Source: Dehalococcoidia bacterium (lineage in GTDB: Bacteria; Chloroflexota; Dehalococcoidia; Bin125). From it: a stretch of 64,000 nucleotides of DNA. Positions 56,694-64,000 of the stretch are shown here, piece after piece. The stretch is taken from assembly GCA_965211635.1 (NCBI GenBank), contig OZ242948.1, forward strand, positions 2,364,241-2,428,240. The letters run 5' to 3'. How positions within the stretch are numbered: position 1 is the first letter of the stretch; each line of letters starts with the position of its first letter. Below the pieces are notes generated by a model. The model ran no database searches. It was not told the origin of the DNA and saw only the letters and a list, made by a program, of their open reading frames with translations. The translations under genes were made by a program, and so were the position numbers.

Positions 56694-59600
56694 ATGACCT
56701 ACGTCGAGTTGCACGCCAAGAGTTTTCATTCCTTCGGGCTGGGCGCCTCGCACGGGCATGAGCTGCTGGCCCAGGCTCGGACGCTGGGGATGCCGGCGCT
56801 GGCCCAGACCGACACCAACCTGTGCGGCGCGCTGGAGTTCGCCCGGCTGGCGAACAGCCTGGAGATTCAGCCGATCACCGGCGGCGAGATCACGCTGCAG
56901 GACGACTCCCGCGTCACGCTGCTGGTCAAGTCGCGCGAGGGCTACGCCAACCTGTCGCGGCTGTTCACGCTGGCCAACACTGTGGACCGTCGAGAGCCTC
57001 GGCTGGATCCGGCCCACCTGTCCGAGCATGCCGAGGGATTGGTGCTCCTGGCAGGCGGGCGGCATGGGGCGCTGTCGCGAGTGGCGCTGGCCGGCGAGCG
57101 GGCCGAGGCTCGAGAGTTGCTGGGTCGCTATCGCGACTGGTACGGCGCGGACTCGGTCTACGTCGAGCTGCAGCAGAACTTCCTGCGTGGCGACACCGAG
57201 CGCAACCGCGAGCTAGTCGGGCTGGCCCGCGAGGTTGGCGCGCCGCTGGTCGCGTCCAACGACGTCCATTACCACGCGCCCGAGCGCTACCGGCTGCAAC
57301 ACGCACTGGTCGCGTCCAAACACAACGTGACCATCGACCAGGCCCTGCGACACATACAACCCAATCATCATCTGCACCTCAAGTCCGCAGCGCAGATGGC
57401 GGAGCTGTTCTCCGAGTTCCCCGAGGCCATCTGCAACACGCTGCGGGTCGCCGAGCAGTGCGCGTTCAACCTCAGCGTCGACCTCGGCTACACCCTGCCC
57501 GAGCCGTTGGTGCCCGAGGGCTACACGCCGCAGAGTTATCTCCGCCGTCTCTGCGAGGAGGCCGCGGCGCGGCGCTACGGCTCGGTCACGCCGGAGGTTG
57601 AGGAGCGGTTGGAGGAGGAGTTCAACCTGATCGGGCGACATAAGCTGGCCGGGTTCCTGCTGCTCTATCGCGAGATCGTGCGGCTGGCCCAGCGGATCAT
57701 GGAAGAGCGCGGCCTGGCCGAGCCGGAGACGCCGCTGGAGAAGCGACCGCCCGGTCGCGGGCGCGGATCGTCGGTGGCGCTGCTGGTCGGCTACCTGATC
57801 GGGATCAGCCACGTCGATCCGCTCAAGTGGGAGCTGACGCTCGAGCGCTTCCTGCCCGACGACATGACGTCCTTGCCCGACATCGACCTCGATTTCCCGC
57901 GCGGGCTGCGCGATGAGCTGATCGAGCGGGTGCACGAGTACTTCGGCCGCGACTACGCCGTCCTGACCGGGGCGATCTCGACCTACTCGGTCAAGGGCAT
58001 CATCCAGGATCTGGGCAAGGCGCTCGGTCTGCCGCCGGACGATCTGCGCCTCTTGTCGAAGCAGATTCACTCGCACGACGGGGCGCGGCTGCGCGAGGAG
58101 ATGGAGCAGCTTCCGGCCTTCCGCGACAAGGTCGAGGCGCACGGCTGGCGCGACCTGATCGCGCTCGCGCCGCAGTTGATGAACGCGCCGCGCGGGCTGG
58201 GTCAGCACGTGGGCGGGATGATCCTCTCGGACTCGCCGATTCCCGAGATGGTGCCGGTGCGGGCCGGCGCGATGGCGGGTCGCTACATCATGGACTGGAA
58301 CAAGGACAGCGTGGCCGACGCCAACTTCGCCAAGATCGACCTGCTCTCGCTGCCCGTGCTCGACCAGTTGGAAGAGGCGCTGGACCTGATCGAACAGCGC
58401 ACCGGCGAGCGTCCCGACCTGAGCCGGATCAGCCCCGAGGACCCGGGCGTCTACGACATGATCAACGCGGGCAAATCGAAGGGCGTCTTCCTGCTGCAGT
58501 CGCCGGCGCAGCTCAAGATGGGCCAGCGGCTCAGATCGCGGCGGCTGCTGGATTTGGCCTACCAGGTGGCCTTAATCCGGCCCGGAGTGGGAACGCAGGG
58601 CAGCGCGGTCAGCCAGTTCGTCGAGCGTTACCGGCACGGCGTCCCGTGGGAGTACGACCATCCGCTGGAGGAGCGGGCGCTGGAACGCGGCTACGGTGTG
58701 ATCGTCTGGCAGGAGCAGGTGGTCCAGTTGATCATGGACGTGGCCGGGATGTCGGCGGCCGAGGCCGACGAAGTGCGCCGCGCGTTTGCCCGGGCGAACA
58801 ACGAGCACCTGATCGCGATGCACCGCGAGCGCTTCCTCGAGGGCGCGCGGGCCAACAGCGTGCCGGACGACGTCGCCGAGACGATCTTCGCCAAGATCAA
58901 CGGGCACTACATGTTCCCCGAGTCGCACTCGCACGCGTTCGCGATCACCGCTTACCAGGCGGCCTGGCTGAAGCGCTATCACCCGCTGGAGTTCTTCGTC
59001 ACGTTGATCAACAACCAGCCCATGGGCTTCTACCCGGTCGAGACGCTGAAGCAGGACGCCCGCAAGTTCGGCGTGCAGTTCCTCAACCCCTGCGTCAATC
59101 GCAGCGAGGTACAGGCGAGGCCCGCACTCTCCTCTCCCCCCGCGCAGCGGGGGGAGATGCCGCAGGCAGAGGGGGGTCCTTTCCAGATAGCCACCGCTGG
59201 GGAGCCCCCCTTCAGTCGCTTCGCGACAGCTTCCGCCCAGAGGGGGGAAGCGGAATCTATCGGCAATCTCTCGCAGGCAGCCCGTCTCGGCCTGGGGATG
59301 ATCAAGGACATTGGACCCGAGTCGGCCCGGCTCATCGTCGAGGAACGGGAGGCGCGCGGTCCCTACTCCGATGCGGGCGAACTGGTCAGAAGGACGGGGC
59401 TGAAGCCGCAGTCGGTGCGATCGCTGATCGAGGCGGGCGCGTTCGACGCCATGACGCCCAACCGCCGTGAGGCCTTGTGGGAAGCCGGACTCTCGATCCG
59501 CCCCGCGCGCTCCGGCCAACGCGCGTTCCCGGTCCATGGCTCGGAGGCGCCGCCGCGCTTCGACGATTTCACGGACTACGAGAAGATGGTCGGCGAATAC

Positions 59601-59978
59601 AAGACGCTGGGCATCTACCCCTCAGGGCACGTGATGGAGTTCATCCGCCCGACGCTGGACGGGGGCGTGCTGACCACCGCCCGGGTCTACGACTGCGCCG
59701 ACGGCGAGCGCATCCGCGTGGCCGGCTGGCCGATCGCGCGGCAGCACCCGCGCGGCCAGGACGGGACGGTGTTTGTCACGATCGAGGACGAAACCGGCGA
59801 CGTGCAGTCGATCGTCTGGCCCCAGGTATTCGCCAAGTGCCGTCGGGCGCTGTCGAATCAGCTCATCCTGCTGCAGGGCCGAATCGACCGCTGGGACGGC
59901 ACGACGAACATCGTGGCCGAGCGGATCGACGCGATCGGCGCCGACATTCGCATGCCCAGCGCCCACGACTGGCACTGA
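56694..59978 (+). CDS. dnaE2: Error-prone DNA polymerase III alpha subunit
   Basis: YVELHAKS PHP start, GRGSS, ERFL...PDIDLDF, QHVGG, FPESHS, NNQPMGFY, OB-fold FVTIEDETG, C-terminal AHDWH. Confidence 0.95.
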   Translation: MTYVELHAKSFHSFGLGASHGHELLAQARTLGMPALAQTDTNLCGALEFARLANSLEIQPITGGEITLQDDSRVTLLVKSREGYANLSRLFTLANTVDRREPRLDPAHLSEHAEGLVLLAGGRHGALSRVALAGERAEARELLGRYRDWYGADSVYVELQQNFLRGDTERNRELVGLAREVGAPLVASNDVHYHAPERYRLQHALVASKHNVTIDQALRHIQPNHHLHLKSAAQMAELFSEFPEAICNTLRVAEQCAFNLSVDLGYTLPEPLVPEGYTPQSYLRRLCEEAAARRYGSVTPEVEERLEEEFNLIGRHKLAGFLLLYREIVRLAQRIMEERGLAEPETPLEKRPPGRGRGSSVALLVGYLIGISHVDPLKWELTLERFLPDDMTSLPDIDLDFPRGLRDELIERVHEYFGRDYAVLTGAISTYSVKGIIQDLGKALGLPPDDLRLLSKQIHSHDGARLREEMEQLPAFRDKVEAHGWRDLIALAPQLMNAPRGLGQHVGGMILSDSPIPEMVPVRAGAMAGRYIMDWNKDSVADANFAKIDLLSLPVLDQLEEALDLIEQRTGERPDLSRISPEDPGVYDMINAGKSKGVFLLQSPAQLKMGQRLRSRRLLDLAYQVALIRPGVGTQGSAVSQFVERYRHGVPWEYDHPLEERALERGYGVIVWQEQVVQLIMDVAGMSAAEADEVRRAFARANNEHLIAMHRERFLEGARANSVPDDVAETIFAKINGHYMFPESHSHAFAITAYQAAWLKRYHPLEFFVTLINNQPMGFYPVETLKQDARKFGVQFLNPCVNRSEVQARPALSSPPAQRGEMPQAEGGPFQIATAGEPPFSRFATASAQRGEAESIGNLSQAARLGLGMIKDIGPESARLIVEEREARGPYSDAGELVRRTGLKPQSVRSLIEAGAFDAMTPNRREALWEAGLSIRPARSGQRAFPVHGSEAPPRFDDFTDYEKMVGEYKTLGIYPSGHVMEFIRPTLDGGVLTTARVYDCADGERIRVAGWPIARQHPRGQDGTVFVTIEDETGDVQSIVWPQVFAKCRRALSNQLILLQGRIDRWDGTTNIVAERIDAIGADIRMPSAHDWH
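59131..59253. repeat. Family A inverted doublet inserted in-frame in dnaE2
   Basis: 59131-59176 CCTCTCCCCCCGCGCAGCGGGGGGAGATGCCGCAGGCAGAGGGGGG, and 59201-59253 the reverse complement of the 51987-type variant. Confidence 0.9.
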
Positions 59979-59986
59979 GAGGTGGG

Positions 59987-60724
59987 CTATCTGTCGAGGA
60001 TGCCCAGGCGCATGCCGGCGAGTACCGCGTCGAGCTTGGTCTTGGCCTGCAGCTTGCGCCGGAAATGGCGAACATGATTTCGCACCGTATGCACGCTGAT
60101 TTCAAGGTCTTCCGCGATTCGTTCGGTGCTCCAGCCCTGAGACACCAGACGCAACACTTCCAGTTCGCGAGCGCTGAGCGGTTGGTACCCGGCCGACCGG
60201 GTGGATTCGGCCGACTGCCGGGCCACGACGGCGGCCGGCCGACCGGCTAGCTCGGTGCGAGGATACTGCCCAGCATCGGCCTGGCCAGCGGCGTCGTCGC
60301 GAGGCGCGAGCAGATGCAACACCAGGGGCACTTCTCGTTCTGGATCGGAAACAATCACCGGGGTCATGGTCACATGCGTGCGCTCGCCGCTGGCGCTCAA
60401 CACTTGCATGTTGCGCGGACCGGGAATCTCGCCCGCGCGAAGGATGCGCAAAAAGGGGCAGCCGTACAAACATTCCGAACTCGAACTGCCCGGCGTCATG
60501 CCGGCGACCGCCTCATAGCAGCGCACGCCAACCACCTGATCCGCCGAGAAGCCAAGCATTTGCTCGGCGGCTTGATTCCAGAACACAATCACCTGGTCTG
60601 GGGAAGTGGCAAACGCACCAATCTCTGCTGACTCGAGAAGTGCCAGTATGTCTGTTCGTGTTAGGGCGCTCACGGCGGCCCTCCGGGTTGCATTGAGTTG
60701 TTCGCTTCCATCGAGGCCCGCCAT
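59987..60724 (-). CDS. PAS + LuxR-type HTH transcriptional regulator
   Basis: IVFWNQAAEQMLGF...VRCYE (PAS, Cys-rich); LSARELEVLRL...SVHTVRNHV (LuxR HTH); start uncertain. Confidence 0.9.
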   Translation of the reverse strand: MAGLDGSEQLNATRRAAVSALTRTDILALLESAEIGAFATSPDQVIVFWNQAAEQMLGFSADQVVGVRCYEAVAGMTPGSSSSECLYGCPFLRILRAGEIPGPRNMQVLSASGERTHVTMTPVIVSDPEREVPLVLHLLAPRDDAAGQADAGQYPRTELAGRPAAVVARQSAESTRSAGYQPLSARELEVLRLVSQGWSTERIAEDLEISVHTVRNHVRHFRRKLQAKTKLDAVLAGMRLGILDR

Positions 60725-61179
60725 GACAAGAATCGAAGAAACAAACGCTGGGTTGTGGCCGCCAGAATAACAGGAACCGTCTCTAACCTGTGACACTCTC
60801 GGACCCTGAAACAGGGATGGCAGGCTGATGCACAGCACATCTTCTGACCAATAGGACACGTTCTCTGTAGAGAACGGCAACGAATTCGCAAGTAACGGCG
60901 ACGAACAGTCCAGAAGCAGTTCCTGGTCCGTCGGTGATTGAGTCTGAGTCAGCGGTGTGAGACATACAGACGGTAGTGAACATGAGATCCCAGGCTCGTT
61001 CCTGAGTGCCTTGGCCCGCCAGCGGAGGACGGCCAATCGGCGAGCAAGCGGCGGACGCCTGCCCTGAGTTGGAGTGCGGGTAGCGCGCAGTCCGTCCCCG
61101 GCATTGCAGTCAGACGTAGCCCTGACCTTGAAGGCGACCGGCCAGCTCGGTTGCGGGAGGCAAGTCGGCTCAGCAGACC

Positions 61180-63999
61180 TTAGCGTCGTGAGGCGGCAAG
61201 TTGACGGCGGACGAGTCGCGAGTAGAGGCCGTCCTGCGATGCCAGCTCCTCGTGCGTGCCGATCTCTGTGACTCTGCCTTCGTCGAGTACCACGATTCGG
61301 TCGGCGTCGCGTACGGTTGAGAGTCGGTGGGCAATGACGAGCGTGGTGCGGTCTTCCATGAGCTCGTCCAGGGCGTCCCGCACCAGGCGCTCGTTGAGAC
61401 CGTCCAGGTGCGAGGTCGCCTCGTCCAGAATCAGCACCGGAGCATCCTTGAGCAGGGCGCGGCCGATAGCTACGCGCTGGCGCTGTCCACCTGAGAGCTG
61501 AGCCCCGCGTTCGCCGACCGTCGTATCGAGACCATCAGGCAAGGACTCGACAAAGTCGGAAAGTCCTGCCCGTTCGATGGCCAACTGCAGTTCGTCATCG
61601 TTTGCATCGGGCTTGGCGACGAGCAGATTGTTGCGAATCGAGGAGTTGAACAGGTACGTGTCCTGCGCAACGAGCGCGACCTGTCCACGCAACTCATCAA
61701 GCCGATAGGTGCGCAGGTCCGCGTCTTCCAGCGTGATCCTGCCGTCTTGTGGGTCCCAGAAGCGCAGCATCAGGTGCGCGGCGGTGGTTTTGCCGGCGCC
61801 TGACGGTCCGACCAGCGCGACGGTGCCGCCAGGCTTGAGTTCGAAGGACACGCCGTCAAGCGCTGCCCGCGGCGTGTCTTCATAAGTGAAGTCGACAGAT
61901 GCAAACGCACCCTCAGAAACGCCGCCGCTCGGGGAAGCCTGACCATTGCTCGAGAGGCCGGGCCCGTCGACGACCTCGACTGCCTCGCTATGCACCGCTG
62001 TAAGGCGACGCGTCGCTCCCAGCGTGTCTCCAAGTCTCCGTCCAACCTGAGCCAACTCGGCGACAGGCATGAACGCGCCCATGGCCAGCAGAGTCAGCAG
62101 CGGCGCAAGCGAGGAATCGACGTCGCCCCTGACCGCAAGCGCGCCGCCGATCGTCAATACGGCGAGTCCCCCGTAGCCAGTCAGTCCTTCAAGCAGCGTG
62201 CGCTGGGTCGAAATCTGGCGGTTGAATCCGGCCCGCACGGGCACGTACTCGCGCATGAGTCCTTCAAACTCGGCCTTGCGCTCCGGCTCCCGCTGAAATG
62301 CGTTGACCTCGCGCAGACCCTGGAGCGTGTCGACCATGTGCGCGTTGAGGGCGCCGAGGTGGTCCCGAGAGCGGGATCCCAGTCGGTCAACGATGCGACG
62401 AGTGAAGAGCGGACTCAATGCCGCGATCAGCAGCAGCGGACCCAGGCCGATCCCAAGCCGCCAGTCAACCACAAACAGCGTGACGATCGCCGCCCCGGGA
62501 ATGACGACGCTGACAAACGCGTTGGCGATCGTATGAGCGAAGAAGTACTCCACCGTCTCCACGTCCTGCGTCGCCATCGAGACCAGGTCGCCTGTGCGTC
62601 GGCGCAGCAGGTAGGCGGGAGCAAGCTGATCGAGCTTGCGGAACAGGTCAATCCGCATATCGGCCAATAGCCGGAAGGCCATGTCGTGCGAGACCCAGTT
62701 CTCGAGGAAGCGGAACAGGCCGGTCATCACCGCGACCACGATCAACAGCGCGGCGAGCAGATCAATCGAGTCGCCGTCGCGCACATTGGCAACCATCAGC
62801 GCGCCGATCACGCCAACCGCGATCGCGCCGAAGAAGTGTGTGATTCCTGTCAGGAAGGACAGCGATGTCTTGAACCAGTACGGCGCAGCGAGGGACAGCA
62901 ATCTCTGCGATGTCTCGCGCCAGCCCATGCCTTCGGCGCGAACGATCGCTTGTGTTGCGCCGCCGTCGTCGTCACGGATGGCCAGGGACATTGAAGCAGC
63001 GCTCGTCGCGGCAGCCTCGGGTGCAAGCGGCGCCTCGGGGTACGCGTCCAGGCTTGGGTCGGTCATCTGGCCCTGCATCAACCAGTCGTAGACTCCGCCT
63101 TCGGCCAGCAGGGTCTCGTGGTCGCCGCGTTCGACCAGGCGACCCTCGTCAAGCACGAGGATGTCGTCGCAATCGCGCACGCTTGACAATCGGTGCGCCA
63201 TGATCAGCGTCGTTCGACCTTCCATCAGTCGGTCCAGCGCCGCCTGGATTGTGGCCTCGTTCTCCGCGTCGACACTCGACAGCGCCTCATCCAGGATCAG
63301 CATCGGCGCGTCGCGCAGCAGAGCTCGCGCGATGGCGATCCGCTGGCGCTCGCCGCCCGAGAGTCGATGCCCGCGCTCGCCGATCACGGTGGCATAGCCC
63401 TCGGGCAGGGCGTTGATGAACTCGTGCGCGTTGGCGGCCTGGGCGGCCGAGCGAATTTCGTCTTCAGTCGCGTCCGGTTTGGCGAAGCGCAGGTTGGCGA
63501 GCACGCTCCCGTGGAAGAGGTAGGTGTCCTGCAGCACGACCGCCATCTGGGCGCGGATGTCGTCGAAGCGCAGCGAGTTGAGGCCGCGTCCCCCGATTCG
63601 AATCGATCCTTCCTGCGGCGTGTAGAGCCGCTGCAGCAGCCAGACCAGCGTCGACTTGCCGGAGCCTGATCGTCCGACCACGCCAACCCGGTGTCCCGGC
63701 TCGACCGTGAACGACACATCTTGCAGCGCTGGACGCCGCCCGGTCGGATAGCTGAAGGTGACATGGTCGAACTCAATGCGCGGTTCAAGCTGCGGACTCG
63801 ATTCCGCCTCGACATCCGGCGTCAGCGGCTCGGCCTGATCGACATCCAGCACGCTCTGCGCTGCAGCGACGCCGAGCAGGCCCTGGTGGAAGAGCTGGCT
63901 CAGCTCGCGCAGTGGGCGGAAGACCTCGACCCCCAGCATCAGCACGACCAACAGTTCGGCCAGTTCCATCGCGCCGCTTTCGACGCGTAAGGCTCCGAC
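61180..63999 (-). CDS. Fused TMD-NBD-TMD-NBD ABC exporter (CydDC-like), 5'-truncated by window edge
   Basis: Two NBDs (GRSGSGKST/LSGGERQR; GPSGAGKTT/LSGGQRQR) and an internal TMD with SHDMAFRLLADMR. Confidence 0.9.
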   Translation of the reverse strand, partial: VGALRVESGAMELAELLVVLMLGVEVFRPLRELSQLFHQGLLGVAAAQSVLDVDQAEPLTPDVEAESSPQLEPRIEFDHVTFSYPTGRRPALQDVSFTVEPGHRVGVVGRSGSGKSTLVWLLQRLYTPQEGSIRIGGRGLNSLRFDDIRAQMAVVLQDTYLFHGSVLANLRFAKPDATEDEIRSAAQAANAHEFINALPEGYATVIGERGHRLSGGERQRIAIARALLRDAPMLILDEALSSVDAENEATIQAALDRLMEGRTTLIMAHRLSSVRDCDDILVLDEGRLVERGDHETLLAEGGVYDWLMQGQMTDPSLDAYPEAPLAPEAAATSAASMSLAIRDDDGGATQAIVRAEGMGWRETSQRLLSLAAPYWFKTSLSFLTGITHFFGAIAVGVIGALMVANVRDGDSIDLLAALLIVVAVMTGLFRFLENWVSHDMAFRLLADMRIDLFRKLDQLAPAYLLRRRTGDLVSMATQDVETVEYFFAHTIANAFVSVVIPGAAIVTLFVVDWRLGIGLGPLLLIAALSPLFTRRIVDRLGSRSRDHLGALNAHMVDTLQGLREVNAFQREPERKAEFEGLMREYVPVRAGFNRQISTQRTLLEGLTGYGGLAVLTIGGALAVRGDVDSSLAPLLTLLAMGAFMPVAELAQVGRRLGDTLGATRRLTAVHSEAVEVVDGPGLSSNGQASPSGGVSEGAFASVDFTYEDTPRAALDGVSFELKPGGTVALVGPSGAGKTTAAHLMLRFWDPQDGRITLEDADLRTYRLDELRGQVALVAQDTYLFNSSIRNNLLVAKPDANDDELQLAIERAGLSDFVESLPDGLDTTVGERGAQLSGGQRQRVAIGRALLKDAPVLILDEATSHLDGLNERLVRDALDELMEDRTTLVIAHRLSTVRDADRIVVLDEGRVTEIGTHEELASQDGLYSRLVRRQLAASRR

Positions 64000-64000
64000 A

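Noticed and set aside
59105-59285. Intein in DnaE2
   Set aside because: Too short, no Cys/Ser start or His-Asn end; fully explained by the DNA repeat.
60725-61036. N-terminal extension of the PAS-LuxR ORF
   Set aside because: Ser/Leu/Cys-rich sequence with atypical codon usage and no domain signal; treated as non-coding.

Overview
GC-rich bacterial chromosome segment, most likely Chloroflexota (Dehalococcoidia-like). This is an inference from a perfect AGAAC-N4-GTTCT LexA box and the many luciferase-like monooxygenase, crotonase and family III CoA-transferase genes. About 60 CDS can be supported. They include ilvD, ltaE, mobA/yqeC, a complete phoBR-pstSCAB-phoU locus with PHO-box-like repeats, a LexA-boxed imuB-dnaE2 mutasome, transporters and catabolic enzymes. 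Small, often AT-richer defence or toxin-antitoxin genes are interspersed: an ABC-type ATPase + PIN pair, a methyltransferase-HNH fusion, an AlbA_2 protein, VapBC, DUF4258/DUF2283, an MNT-HEPN fusion, DUF429 and an FRG protein. No tRNA, rRNA, CRISPR array, transposase or prophage was recognised. The most striking signals are: (1) at least five families of short palindromic repeats, one with co-varying stems and invariant C-GNA-G loops, with copies translated in-frame inside DnaE2 and MobA; (2) a ~124-bp MITE inserted twice, in opposite orientations, at the same position of another repeat's hairpin loop; (3) two paralogous ferritin-like proteins, one with a full di-iron ligand set and one with the ligands lost, a candidate new alpha/beta di-iron oxygenase; (4) the ATPase-PIN and MTase-HNH/AlbA candidate anti-phage modules. 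All family assignments come from motif recognition by eye; no database search was run.
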